Of a stretch of 64,000 nucleotides of DNA, positions 23,926-37,555 are shown piece after piece. How positions within the stretch are numbered: position 1 is the first letter of the stretch; each line of letters begins with the position of its first letter. The stretch comes from Octopus sinensis (Eukaryota): contig NC_043021.1 in NCBI RefSeq assembly GCF_006345805.1, forward strand, positions 4,216,001 to 4,280,000. The letters run 5' to 3'. The position numbers were made by a program, and so were the translations under genes. A model generated the notes under the pieces. It had not been told where the DNA came from. It did not search any database and saw only the letters and a list, made by a program, of their open reading frames with translations.

Positions 23926-24919
23926 TATAATTTATATATATATATATATATTATATATATATATATTACTGACCGCACATACTCAATATATATGTTTTCT
24001 TTGTTTGCCAGTACACTGCTGTTTAGCATGGTGGGAATGACTCCTTCAAAGTATTGGGTGTTAAAACAACTGAAAGTCATAGACAAGCAATGTTCTACGA
24101 AGAGAACATAAGATTGCTGCATAATTCAACCTGAATGTGAAACGACATTAAACATCGTATAAGGTAAATGAAGGTTTCTGTAGGAACACTAAAAGTCATA
24201 TTCACTTAGTGAGTTTACATGTGCAAGGATGGATTATGGTGTCATCATTGTCAATGTTAGATGCAGTAAGAACTGATAGCAGCAATATCAGCGGTGAGGA
24301 ATTTCAGTGTGTTGTAATGTGGAGAAAATGAGCAAATAGCTTCTAGTGCAAACACATGCTAGACTCCCTAAGCAGAGAAAAACTGATCTATTTAAGGGAA
24401 TTTGCTAGGCTCCATTACAATAGGTAGAAACTCCAAGCAATGTAAAATATGGCCTGGACTGTGATTATCAGCATGAATGTCAAATTTCAAAAAGTAGTTA
24501 ACCATTTAATGATTTTAGTAAATTTATACAGAAAAAGTAAGCATTATACTGTCTAGCATAAATAAAAGTCAACTTCATTATGTTTTTTCTGTAAAAACCT
24601 ATTCTGACATTAAATGTGTCAACTTTCTGTACATCATTTTTCAGCAAAATAATTTCTAAAAAATTCTGGAAACAATCTATTCATGTAAAGTTTATTATAG
24701 TTTTTCCGAAAAAAAGTGTGTAAATTACATGGGTTTTTACAGTACTTCAGATACCAAATACTACAAAATTTACATTTAAATGAAGTCATTATATATAGTT
24801 AGTAACTAGGAGTCCTAGAGATAGTCGGAGGGGAGAATAAAGAATAAAACTAGTAATATAGAAAAGAGAGAGAGACGGTTAGAGATTGATGTAATAAGTC
24901 TACACACACACATGCACAC

Positions 24920-25038
24920 AGAAGGTTGGTTGTTATGGCTGGTCAGAGAGTGACTGTTGGTTTCACACCTATAAAGCACTAAGCTGAAGGTGAGAAACCA
25001 ATGGTCACTCTCTGGTCAGCCACAACAAATAACCTTCT
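24920..25038. repeat. Imperfect ~50-bp-arm inverted repeat containing HHR 3'-half motifs
   Basis: agaaggtt..cagagagtgactgttggtttc / gaaaccaatggtcactctctg..aaccttct. Confidence 0.7.
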
Positions 25039-25104
25039 AAATATATTGTTGCTCTAATGTTTTAAAATGTGCCTCTTTTCAAATATATGAACTAGCGACC
25101 TATA

Positions 25105-25379
25105 TACTCATTTACTTGTTTCAGTCATTTGACTGTGGCCATGCTGGAGCACTGCCTTTAATTGAGCAAATCGACCTCAGGACTTATTCTTTGGAAGCCT
25201 AGTACTTATTCTATCGGTCTCTTTTGCCGAACTGCTAAGTTACGGGGACGTAAACACACCACCATTGGTTGTCAAGCGATGTTGGGGGTACAAACACAGA
25301 CAAACAAATATACACACACACACATACGTATATATATATATATAATATACATATATATATATATATTATATATATATAT

Positions 25380-25414
<35 letters not shown>

Positions 25415-25417
25415 CAT

Positions 25418-25449
<32 letters not shown>

Positions 25450-25645
25450 ACATATATATATATATATATATACATATATAAGATGGGCTTCTTTCAGTTT
25501 CCGTCTACCAAATCCACTCACAAGGCTTTGGTTGACCCAAGGCTATAGTAGAAGACACTTGCCCAAGGTGCCACGCTGTGGGACTGAACCCAGAACCATG
25601 TGGCTGGGAAGCAAGCCTCTTACAACACAGCCACGCCTCTGCCTA
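25105..25645 (-). mobile_element. SINE family A with expanded internal (TA)n
   Basis: Match to family A. Confidence 0.9.
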
Positions 25646-25898
25646 ATTTAATGTGTGTGTGTGTGTGTGTGTTAAATTAATGGAAGCAGTATGAGACAAT
25701 GGTTGTTGTCGTTGCTGGGCCTAATTAGACGTAAAGCAAATACCAGAAAGAGCACTGGCTAGAGAAAAGTAGCCTCAAAGTAATCCTGTCCGACTCATGC
25801 AGACATGGGCAAGAGGATGTTGTTTAACCACAGGTCAACACTTACCAAGCAGACTTATGATCAAAAGTATCCTAATTGTGACCATTCCATCTTTTTAA

Positions 25899-26118
25899 CC
25901 CCTTTAGCACTCAGAATCTTCTGCCAACTGTAACACTTTTTCATTCAAATTGTTTTTAATCAATCCTGCATTATTTTGTAACTTCGAGATTTAGATGTTG
26001 TGATTGTATATTTTATAATGGCATTGAAGGATAGGTGCGATAGGCTGGATCTGGCTGGTTTCAATATAAAACAGGTAGCATATTTGGGCCAGATATGGCT
26101 AGTTTAAATGCTAAAGGG
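25899..26118. mobile_element. piggyBac-like MITE
   Basis: TTAA|ccc(c)tttagca ... tgctaaaggg|TCAA termini; related copies at 7875, 8493 and 41822-42034. Confidence 0.65.
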
Positions 26119-26659
26119 TCAAGTCTATCTAAGACTATATTGAGGCAGAAGTGTGCAATTCAAGAGATATGGCTTCTATTACGAGCTATAATCAAAGCTG
26201 TGCAACTACAAACAGTTTTTGTCTTAGGATCTGTCTTCTTAAGAACACACTGAGGTGACATTAAAAGGAAATTTGGCTGCTATTTCCAGCAGCTGAAGTG
26301 TCCACATACAGACATCCATTAATTTGCAAGCTGTGTTGTTGTGTAATGGAGGCTAAAGACCTATGTTCTGAGCAGAGATTTTTACTAAAAGGAACATTTG
26401 CTTCTATTATTGTAAAATTACAGGAACTGCAATCTAGGAAAGTGTTCCAAATGGATTTACTGTGTTATTCTTGTTTGAATGTGTTTCACTTCAATCAGAG
26501 CGTGAATATAATTTTCAACAGATATGAAAGAAAGCTATATTCCAAACAGACACTCAAGAGACTTGTACAGGACTTCTGCTTCTGTAAGCATTATATATAT
26601 AAAAGCTTGGTTTATTTAATGTATTGAAATATAAATTCAAAATAAATCAGTCAGAATAT

Positions 26660-27065
26660 CTGATGATAATAATAATAATAATGATGATAATGATTTCAAA
26701 TTTAGGCACATGGCCAGCAATTTTAGGGGAGAGTAAGTCAATGACATCAATCCCCAGTCCTCAACCAGTGCTTCTTTTATCAACCCCATAAGGATGAATA
26801 GCAAAATTGATCTCGGTGGAATTTGAACTCAGAATATCTGATGATAATAATAATAATAATAATGATGATGATGATTTCAAATTTTGGCACAAGGCCAGCA
26901 ATTTTAGGGGAGAGTAAGTCAATGACATCAATCCCCAGTGCTTCTTTTATCAACCCCATAAGGATGAGTAGCAAAATTGATCTTGGTGGAATTTGAACTC
27001 AGAATGTAAAGATGGATGACATGCCACTAAACATTTTGCCCAGCATGCTAACGATTCTGCCAGGT
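26660..27065 (-). mobile_element. Tandem family B SINE units with (ATT/ATC)n tails
   Basis: Two near-identical ~175 bp units. Confidence 0.8.
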
Positions 27066-27259
27066 TGCTGCTTTAGTTTTAAATGTAATTATTCACAAAT
27101 GATTCAGTCAGTCATCAGTCATCCTTCAAAGTGGTTGAATAACCAATCACAACCAGTCGGTATTCACAGCATGGGTTGTACTATTTGTCCTGACCACCGA
27201 ATACAAATGCGGCTCACAAGATCTCCATTCAGGTAATTTTACAGAGTTACCATCTTACC

Positions 27260-27404
27260 TATTTCTTTACTACCCACAAAGGGCTAAACACAGAGGGGAC
27301 AAACAAGGACAGACATAGGTATTAAGTCGATTACATCGACCCCGGTGCGTAACTGGTACTTAATTTATCGACCCCGAAAGGATGAAAGGCAAAGTCGACC
27401 TCGG
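27260..27404 (-). mobile_element. 5'-truncated family B tail-C SINE with 14-bp TSD
   Basis: TSD gttaccatcttacc at 27246-27259 and 27405-27418. Confidence 0.85.
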
Positions 27405-27419
27405 GTTACCATCTTACCC

Positions 27420-27573
27420 TTGTATATCAACCCATCACAAAGTTACTCATTTACAGCTGGAGGAACATGAAAATGAAGTGTTGTGCTTAAGAATACAATG
27501 CACAGCCAGTCTAGGAACTGAAACCATGATCTCACAATCATAAGTGCAACACCCTAACCACTAAGCCATGTGC
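27420..27573 (-). mobile_element. CORE-type SINE head (similar copies at 29900-30127 and 34020-34140)
   Basis: 'gaagtgtt..gct.aa.aa.acaa..ggaa.tgaaacca..ctaaccactaagccatgtg' is the reverse complement of an A/B box plus CORE head. Confidence 0.7.
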
Positions 27574-29426
27574 AAAGTGATTATTAACTACGAAAATGAA
27601 GGACTTTAGAAAACAGAATACCCTTTTGTAATTTTGGTTGAGGGTTTTGTCCAAAAAGGGCTGAATGAGGCCACTTTGAACAAACAACATTATCTTTATT
27701 GCAACTAATGTTATCCATGTTATTCCATCTCAATGATAAAGAATTTTTTAAAAAACAGCCAAAAGCATCAATACTTCAGTATTCATTTAAACTTCTCTAT
27801 CGCGAGCAGAGAGAAAACTGACCAACAGAGTTTTATGGTGTAGCAGAGCTTAACACTGAAGGTTAAAGGTGAGGAGGTTATCATTGCAGAGCAGAGAAAA
27901 AAAGAGGAATGACCAACAGTAGCTTCATTTATCAGAACTAACATTTCAGTCGAGATTTCTTCATCAGAAGCTGAAAGACCACTGGAAATGTGAACTACAT
28001 CTTTTACAACCATTTTTTTTCTTTAAATTCAACTTTTTTGTTATTCAATTGATTCTTACCGAACACAAAGCACTGCAAGATATCTTGAATCCAAGCGATT
28101 AGAGAAAGGTGAATTTGTTTGTTCGTTTGTTGGTTTGTGTTTCCTTTACATATTTTTGCCGGAAGCAAACAAAAACAGCAGGAGGAGGATAGACTAGAAG
28201 AATGTATTTGTTTTTATTGGGATGGCATCAAGCCAATCAAATGAAAAAGATTCGTGTGTGTGTGTGTGGAGGGATAAAAGAAAATACAAAAAATGAAGAA
28301 GAAGACGGCTACCGGTGCAGTAAGTGTGGTGAATCCATTCATAATCTACGCAAGGCTTTACTGAGATTGACTTTTATGATGAGAACAACTGTATTCTGTG
28401 ATGTGATTTAACCGAGAGAAATCAACTGGAGCATTAATAGATCTAAATACGAATTACTCAAAGAACATGCATGTGTGTGTGTGTGTATACACACACATAC
28501 ACAAAACATTCATTATATTCACACACACGCATATACACTCCTTACATCATACATTTACACACATACATTCCTTATATTATACATACACACACATATCACA
28601 TTCAGTATATATATATATATATATATATATACATACATTCATTCACAGAGACATATACATTAAATACACACACACATGAGCATAAATGTATTCATACAGA
28701 TGCCTGTGTATCTACATCTGATTAGACACACACACACACACACATATATATCTGTAGCTATATGCACACTTATACATGTACCCCTGATATATACAGACAC
28801 AGCCACACACACACTCAAATAACTTCACTACCTTTTTCTATTCAACTGCAAAACAAAAACAAACAAAAACAAAAAACAACTGAGGTTAACAACAGAAAAA
28901 CTAGAAAAAAAAATAGTTACTTGTTGAAAAATTAATGACTTAAAGTATCAGTACATGTTGCAGAGGCTCATAAAGGAAATTTATTAGAATCCTTCTCCTG
29001 GGTCTTAATGGATTGGAGGGGGGGGGGGATTGATTGCTGTATAAAAGAAATCTACCTTTATCTTTTTTTACCTCTTTGTTCTGATTGTTCAACCGTTTTC
29101 CACACACTTGCATACAGGAAATGGGTTCTTTCTCCGCGTTCAAGTATTGGTTTTTATGGTTGAATGCTCTTCTATCACCAGCTATTCTACTGTTGAAATA
29201 AGAATGGAATCGGTTTTGTTTCCAGTCGGACCTCGATATGCTTTTGTGCAGAAGCACACCACAATGGCTGTACACTTGTGTTTATGGACCGACCACATGG
29301 TTTTTAACATCCAACATAATGATGTCATTTGCTGAGGAAGCTTTACGCAGATGCTCAACCTGCTAGAAATAGCAGCAGAATTCCTCTTAACCTTCGATCT
29401 CGTCGTTTGTTTACATCTGATGTCTT

Positions 29427-29650
29427 GGACACAGTGTGAGAAGACTGTTGTTATCGCTAGGCCTAACTCATCGTAAAGTCAATACCACCATGACCGATAT
29501 CCAAACGACAGTGGAGAAGGCCAGCCACTGGATTTGGTTAAAAAGAGACGATGAGCGATGGCTAGAAGAATATTGAGCTTTATTTGATAACCAGCTGATC
29601 TAGCAAGCGGGGCCTCATATCAATGAGGTGGGGCTGGTGCGCATAGGTAA
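29427..29650 (+). mobile_element. 3' fragment of a Hero-like (restriction-endonuclease-type) non-LTR retrotransposon
   Basis: 29427-29576 translates GHSVRRLLLSLGLTHRKVNTTMTDIQTTVEKASHWIWLKRDDERWLEEY*, resembling the EKASxWxWLKR C-terminus I associate with Hero elements. Confidence 0.65.
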
Positions 29651-30703
29651 AAGATGAAAGAGGTTTCATACCAAATATATATAATGCCAACCACTAAACA
29701 ACATACACTGGATGCTTTGGTGCAGGCGGGGGGCACCTGTACTAGAGAGATCACCATGCAAATTGCAAGACTATGAACTCTAAGTGGTTACTTTATGTGA
29801 GGAAAATAAGGAATGAGAAGAGGTAAAATATGACAGAAGGGGCTGGAGCAGAACAGTCTTCCTGTTGTGTAAGAGGACTTGGTTAATCCCCACTACTCTT
29901 TAAGGAGCACAGGGTCGTTTTCCTTGTTCATGTGACTTACATATTTCCCACTGGATGGGTCACTGGACCATGACAGGATTACATGTTTTGGTCAGCTGAG
30001 TGGACTGGAACAACTTGAAATGAAGTGTTTTGCTCAAAAACACAATTCATCGCCCGGTCCAGGAATTGAAACCACAATCTTAGGATTATGAGTCCAACAC
30101 TCTAACCACTAAGCCATGTGTTTCCACAAGTAGAGGACATGACTACTCAAATTTTAGATGAGAGTTGGTGGGAAGGAGCTGAAAAGTAATATAAGTGATC
30201 AGGAGGTATTAGAAAGGGGTTACAAGGTGGGTAGAAATGGATGGGTTGAGTATGGGGTGCCTGACAGTGTCTGGCAAGCAGAATAGGAATGTGCATACAG
30301 TAAAAAGGAGGACAATAGAGAGTGGACACGCTCTGGTAGGTAGGTAGGTTGCAGGGGTGAATGTAGAAGGGGGTGGTGGCAGGCACATTGTAGGACAAGG
30401 GTGAGATGTAGGATGGGAGGTGAGGGAGAGATAATTTGGTGGCACAGGAGTTGGACTGGTAAGGAGAGCAAACAGCCCTATGTAGAAATTGAACCCAAGT
30501 CAGCAAATTGACATTTATGCTCAATTAGCATGTGAATAGATATTTAAATGCAAACGGATATACAAACACACACACACATATTTATACACAAACATGTGCA
30601 CATACATTCAAACAGGAATATGAGTGTACATACACAGATTTACACAAGCATTCATAAAAACACACATCTCTACATGAACATACATTTAAACATGAATACA
30701 ATC

Positions 30704-30748
<45 letters not shown>

Positions 30749-30753
<5 letters not shown>

Positions 30754-31062
30754 ACAGATATCGGACGGGTATGTTTGATTCTTAGTATTTTCAAATCTAA
30801 ATCAGAAGAAATCTCTGAGCTGATGAAGGAAAAGTGGCGTTTTACCCACAAATCCAGAAACAGACTGTCCTCGGGTATCGTATATGGATGTGATCTTTCA
30901 TTGTTTTTCCCTTATACCTATGTGAGTTATTTTCTGAGTATGCATTGTCTGGAGACTTTTATTTGCAGTTGAAGAAATAGCCATATTTTTGGCTGCTATT
31001 TCTGAAAAGTTCGGTGTGTGGTAAAGTGAATTTTTTTACTTTACCATATTTTTATAAATTAA

Positions 31063-31066
<4 letters not shown>
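30749..31066 (+). mobile_element. (TA)n-embedded HHR-bearing short element
   Basis: (TA)n on both sides; shares 'ttttggctgctatttc' with 56341-56652. Confidence 0.75.
30814..30875 (+). ncRNA. Type I hammerhead ribozyme motif
   Basis: Stem I tctgag/ctcggg; CTGATGA 30820-30826; stem II gga..gtgg/ccac..tcc; GAAA 30857-30860; palindromic stem III cag-a-ctg; GUC, cut after 30869. Confidence 0.8.
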
Positions 31067-31116
<50 letters not shown>

Positions 31117-31118
<2 letters not shown>

Positions 31119-31538
31119 CTCTTTTACTTGTTTCAGGCATTTGACTGTGGCCATTCTGGAGCACTGCCTTTAGTCGAGCAAATTGACCCCCAGGACTTAT
31201 TCTTTGTAAGCCTAGTACTTATTCTATCAGTCTTTCTTGCTGAACCGCTAAGTTACAGGTACGTAAACAGACCAGCATCAGTTGTCAAGTGATGTTGGGG
31301 GGACAAACACAGACACACACATACAAATATATATATATATATATATACATATATACGACAGGCTTCTTTCAGTTTCCATCTAACAAATCCACTCACAAGG
31401 CTTTGGCTAGCCCAAAGCTATAGTAGAAGACTCTTGCCCAAGGTGCCATGCAGTGGGAATGAACCTGGAACCATGTGGTTGGTAAGCAAGCTACTTACCT
31501 GTGTCTATAGCTACGTACCACACAGCCACTCTTGTGCT
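31117..31538 (-). mobile_element. SINE family A
   Basis: Match to family A. Confidence 0.9.
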
Positions 31539-31571
<33 letters not shown>

Positions 31572-31633
31572 CACCTTATTCTCTTATATATTTATTTATA
31601 TATATGTATATATATACACACATCACCTTATTC

Positions 31634-31676
<43 letters not shown>

Positions 31677-32499
31677 TATATATATTATTTACACATACAC
31701 AAACACCCATTGATACAGATACATTTACACACTAAATTGCGACTTCATTGATATATTTTTTCTATAAAGACTATCATATGATATAATATATGTGTATATA
31801 TACATATATATATATGTGCACACAGAGATAGTTCTAAGGCTTCTAAGTTCGCAGAAAGCAAAGAAAAATAATGTAAAGAAAGAAGTCTGAGAAAGAAGAA
31901 GCAATTTATTTACCATTATTTATTTTAAAAAGTTTCCTTATATCATCTGATGTAATAATCTCTTCTCTCCTATTATAACCTACTCTAAGAACTCTCCAAA
32001 GAAACACATTAGAAACTTTACGAAAACTGTATGATGTATAAACTATTCTAAAATTCCTTTTTGCTTTTTTGTCATTTTCAAGACAAGCAACAAAAAAATG
32101 ATAATGATAATAATAATTATTATTGTAATCAATAATCAATAATATTGTACTTGTGATGAAGTTACTTAATTGAACGAGAATTAGATTATAAACCATTCTG
32201 AAAAAAAAAACAAAAAAAAAAGGAAGCTATCTTGGAATAGATAGGAGTGAAAAAGGTGAAGAAGGTGAAGAAGAAAGACAGGTAAGTTGCTTATTACATA
32301 AGACATGCTCACATTCACATTGACATGCGGGTACACATGCTCATTCTGATCCATACATACACATTCTGGTGCGTATACACATTGACACTGATGTGTAAAG
32401 AATATTTTTGATATTAATTGGATAATTGGCAGTTACAGGAGGTTATGTTTATGACAGGGGTGAAGGTGAGGGTGAGGGTGAAGTAGGGTAGATAGAAGA

Positions 32500-32507
32500 G
32501 AGATGGT

Positions 32508-32556
<49 letters not shown>

Positions 32557-32883
32557 CAATAGATCAGATATGAGACTGTAGGGAAGATTGACTGAGCAGA
32601 TGAATGTGAGAGACTAGTAATGAGAGGGAGAGAAAGAGGGAGAAGTATGAAAGAGAGGGGAAGCATGAGAGAGAGAAAAGGAGAAATAAGAGAGAGAAGT
32701 ATGAGAGAGAGAAAGAGAGAGAAGTATGAGAGAGAGAGAGAGGAAGAAGTTTGAGGAGAGAAAGAGGGAGAAGTGAGAGAGAGAAAAGTATGAAAGACAG
32801 AGAGAGAAGTATGAGAGAAAGAGGGAGAAGTGTAAGAGAGAGAGAAATAGGGAGAAGTATGAGAGAGAGAAAAAGAGGGAGAA

Positions 32884-32922
<39 letters not shown>

Positions 32923-33290
32923 AAGACAAAAAGAAGTATGAGAGACAAAGAGAGAAGGGGAAAACAGAAGTATTAGAGACAGAAAAAGAGAATAACATGA
33001 GAAAGAAAGAGGATAAAGAGAGGAAATATGAAAGAATAAAAAAAGAGAAAAGGGATTTGTATGGGAGAGAAGGGACGAGAATAAGGTGATGTGAGAAAGA
33101 GTGGATACAAGAGAGTATGAGAGGGATGAGGGGAAAGGATTTGAGAGAGAAAGAGAGAAATGAAGAGAGAGAGAGAGAGAGAGAGAGAGAAGAATACATG
33201 AGATGATAGTGAGAAGGGATGAGTAGAGAGAGAGGGAACAAGAGAAGAAAAGAGAATAGATATGAGAAAGAAAGTGTAAGGGAGTGAGAG
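32500..33290. repeat. (GA)n-rich low-complexity tract with 'gaagtatgagagag' subunits
   Basis: Directly visible. Confidence 0.9.
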
Positions 33291-34605
33291 AAGTCCCTCG
33301 TTAACATTTGTGGTCCTACATTCATGTGTTTATATGTTTAAATCTGAGTAAACTCCCTGAGAGAGAAAGAGAGAGAGTACCAGAGACAATGTCGTTTGTA
33401 TGCATTATTTGACAAATGTTGGTTGTTTAAACTTTCAATAAATCAGTATTGAAAACAGGGTTCTTTCAGTTTTTTACTAGTTGGATCTGGATAAGGAGAC
33501 AGTGCCTATGGCCCTTTGATACCTGTGAGATTGATGCTATTAATGCCCTGTTTAAACTAGTGTTTCCCAACTACTCAAAGAAAACCTATTGAAAAAAATT
33601 ATTTCACACTGAGTTTACGAATGGGTCCTTTACGAAATATTTACCATATTTTTAATGTCATTTTCACTTTAAAATATTTTTTAAATATGCCAAAAAAAAA
33701 TTTTTTGTAATGTATTCACTTGAAAATAATTTAAAAAAACATTAAAGTAATGTCTGTTTAAAGAAAGCTAACATATAAGTACCTACTATACAAATAACTT
33801 ACATTTTTGAAATCACACTCACTTGAAAATATTTCTAAATGATTAAAATATTGTGTTTAACAAAAGTGAAAATAGAAACATTTACTGTAAAAAATAGATT
33901 GGTAAGAGTTTCTTCCTTTTCGGGGTTAAGTTAATTTCAGAGAATTTTCCTATTATGCACCATTTTGGGTATTTATATCTCGAAAACCCCTAATATCAGG
34001 TTCAATCTCAGGATATTACTCTGTCACAGGGTTTACCCCAGCTGTTGCTGGTAGTCATTTTCAGCTGAGTAAAGCATTGAAAAATGAGTGTTTTGCCCCA
34101 AAACACAATGTGTTGCCTAGTCTTGGAATTGAAACTATAACCTCAAAAGTTTTCTACTTATACTTGCTTATATGCTAGAGAACCAGGGTCAAGTCCTGGT
34201 CTATTGAGCCAGTAGATTTGTAATAGATTTAATACTAATTCCTAGACACATTGTACCTGAAAAAATAATAGAGTTGGTCACAGTTTCAATACCTTTCAAT
34301 CATGTGTGTTCATTAAGGGTTTCCTTGAGGTTAAACAACAAGGGACTGGATTGGATTGCCTATGTTCAGTTCAATGCAAGGACAGAGGTCTCAGCATGTT
34401 CTCTTCACCAATCACAGTCTGATGTGGAGAACATGAATTTGAGCTTCAAATCATACTGGTTTGATGAGTCTACTTCTGCACACTGGCTCAACATAACTTG
34501 GCAGAGGTATGTAGTTTTGATACTCATACCCAAGAGTGGTTAAGTCAATTACATCGACCCCCTGTACACAAGTGGTACTTACAACAATAACTAATAAATC
34601 ATCCT

Positions 34606-34850
34606 CATCATCATCGTTTAACGTCAGTTTTCCATGTTGGCATGGGTTGGACAGTTCGACTGGGGCCTGGGAAGCCAGGAGGCTGTACCAGGCTCCAGTC
34701 TGATCTGGCAGTGTTTCTACAGCTGGATGCCCTTCCTAATGCCAACCACTCTGAGAGTGTAGTGGGTGCTTTTTTATGTGCCACCAGCACAGGGGCCAGA
34801 GGGAGGGGGCTGGCATTGACCACAATCGGACGGTGCTTTTTACGTGTTGC
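34606..34850 (-). mobile_element. Family C (Meta-like) SINE
   Basis: Reverse complement of 12550-12813. Confidence 0.85.
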
Positions 34851-35176
34851 ATCATATTTGAAGCACAATTGTCAAATTCAATACTTGCATGGACTTGACA
34901 TTGATCTTTCATTCCTCCCGAATACTTAAATTCATGGCAGTTAATTTTGTTCATTATATTCTCATCTCTAAAACGTTAGCTTTGTGCAAAGTCAAAAGGA
35001 ATTTGATATTTACTAGAGTAATATATATCTTCTGAACTATGCAGTTTGTGTGTACTCTACTGGAGCAAAGGATCAACTCTTGTTAGAAGTCATTCAATTT
35101 GGAACATTATAGAAAAATAATAAATAAATGCTTTTTAGAAATTTTGCATTTAAAACCAAACTTAAGCACCTGATAC

Positions 35177-35238
35177 ATTATTATTATTATTACTATTATT
35201 ATTATTACTATTATTATTATTACTATTATTATTATTAC

Positions 35239-35286
<48 letters not shown>

Positions 35287-35317
35287 TATGATTATTATGA
35301 TTATTATTATTATTATT
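35177..35317. repeat. (ATT)n microsatellite
   Basis: Directly visible. Confidence 0.95.
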
Positions 35318-36127
35318 GAAAACAAGCTGACAATATATTGCTTCCTATTAATGTTCCCTTTTTTTTCTTCTTTAAATGCCTCATTACCAATAAAAAATTA
35401 AAATGGGGGAAAAAAAATAATAGAATAGATTGTTAACAAAATGTCAGATATTCCTCTGGGATTTACTCGGTTTGTAGATAAGGCAATATTATCAGAATTA
35501 TTCACAGAAAATGAGAATGAAGTAACAATCTAGAGATAGTTCATATTGGCGTGCTAACAAAAATTCGAAAAAACAACAGTTCGTTTATACCGAGGAATCG
35601 ATAGCAGCTCAACCCAAGATCTATCAGAAGCATCTTGCCGCTATTTGCAAGCCCCACACAACAGATGTCGAATCGATAACAAATAATAACTAGTGACTTC
35701 TTGAAGCAATCAGAAAAACGGTAATAAATCAATGATGCCATAACAGTGCAAAAAAAAAAAGGTAAAAAAAGGTAGAATTATTCTTGCTTTCTGACAGATC
35801 ACATTATGTGTATGAGCTAAAAGAGAAACATTGGCATCGGGCAGAAACAAAGAATTATGCTAAACATCTCCATTGGGCTTTACGTTCAGCTAAACTTGTG
35901 ATATTATGAGAGTAACTTAAAATATAAGCAATGTATCATGTTTAACAGACTGGTATTAAAATCAGCAAACTGTGACAGACTTGTTCTTTGCAGAATATCA
36001 GGAATCTACTGGAACCAAGGAATCAATTAACTAAAACATAGTTGAAAATTGTTAGAGTCAGAAATCCAGAATACATATACATATATCATCATCATCATCA
36101 TCATCATTTAACATCTGCTTTCTATGC

Positions 36128-36179
<52 letters not shown>

Positions 36180-36206
36180 ATATACACACACCTGCAATGA
36201 TCTTAT

Positions 36207-36350
36207 GTGAGGGAGAGAGAGAGAGCAGACAAAGAAGCCTGGGTTATAAAAAACATTCAGTCAAAACCAAAGGCATTCTTTCATAATTCCAAAGAAACAG
36301 CCTCAGTACACTGCAAAATAGGACCCTTCTTCCAAAATAATGGCTCTCCC
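36207..36350 (+). pseudogene. CR1-like LINE ORF2 fragment (endonuclease-RT linker)
   Basis: EAWVIKNIQSKPKAFF..KIGPF resembles the NIKxNPKAFF..IGPL motif. Confidence 0.6.
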
Positions 36351-36353
36351 TCT

Positions 36354-36391
<38 letters not shown>

Positions 36392-36471
36392 CATACATAT
36401 ATATACACATACATATACACACATATATATATATATACATATATATACACACACACATATATACTATGCTT

Positions 36472-36700
36472 TCCTTTAACTTTTGGGGAAGTTTCCCAGT
36501 TGCAAGGAAGCTTTGGAAGAGTTACTGTAGTGAACTTGCTAGAGCCTCATTACATTTCTTCAGGAGGAATTCTGGGAATCCATCAGGGTCTGTGACTGAG
36601 TTGAAGCTCATTTCATCAACAGCTGATATTACAACAATTTCCTCTATTCCAAATTATCCAAAACTGTCATCTCTTTGTGTAGAGCTGTGGTTCTGAAGAA
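36472..36700 (-). pseudogene. CR1-like LINE ORF2 fragment (RT N-terminus)
   Basis: Minus strand SAVDEMSFNSVTDPDGFPEFLLKKCNEALASSLQ*LFQSFLATGKLPQKLK (PGPDG..LK..LF..SL.TG.LP motif). Confidence 0.75.
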
Positions 36701-37519
36701 CTTATGCATAACTATTTACTGTGGTGCCAAAGAATTCAGTAGCAATAAACAACTATCTTCTCTTCTTTGATCCATTTAACAATTTCATTACCATATTCCT
36801 GATGAAATACATTGTTTATGTGTCTTAATTTGGAATATAATCAATCATTTAGAGGTGTTTAGTAAACCAAGTAATTTTGTTATTAAACTGGTGTTTGTTG
36901 CTTAACTTAACAAAAAGGTCCATACATAAAACTATGATGGGATGCTTTAATTTAAACATGAATAATTTAATTCTTTTGTTGCTATATTTCTAGATATTTA
37001 GCAAACTAAATAATTTTGTTATCAAACTGTTTTTTTTTTTTAGCATGACTTCACAAAAGGTCTGTACATAAAAGTAAGATGGTGTGTTTTAATTTAAACA
37101 GGAATCAATCCTTTTGTTACTATATTTTTGTTGAAATATATTGTCTTCGTTTCATTTATTTTTGAAAATAACAAAAAATTTATAAAATAACATTGCCATT
37201 AAGTTTGTTTGGCATACAAATTAGTAAAATTTTAACGGAAGATTTTAATTCAGATCACAACAAGACAGTTTGTATTATAGAATGAGAGCCAGTTATTGGG
37301 AGGTGGATGGGGAGCTGGTATTAAAAGGGTTAAAATAAGATACTTATTTTTTGATGCTGTTAATTTTGTGAACCAAAACGAAAGGCAGTCAAAGGTGAGT
37401 TTTGTTAAAAGGGTTAGCATAAAGAAACCAAAATACCTGTATCCTGGAGAATTATGAATTAAGATTTTACTCTTCATTAGAAGTAGTCCAGGTAGATGAC
37501 TGCACTTCATTCATGTGCA

Positions 37520-37520
<1 letters not shown>

Positions 37521-37555
<35 letters not shown>

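Noticed and set aside
27933-27974. Minus-strand CTGATGA...GAAATGTT motif and the overlapping 76-aa ORF
   Set aside because: Only 2 bp each in stems I and II; the ORF lacks splice support.
28060-28430. Minus-strand donor (G|gtaaga at 28060) in unique DNA, a possible UTR exon
   Set aside because: A single splice signal is expected by chance; boundaries are undefined.
35541-35741. CpG-richer unique segment with short ORFs
   Set aside because: No splice sites or motifs; could be regulatory but is not supportable from sequence alone.
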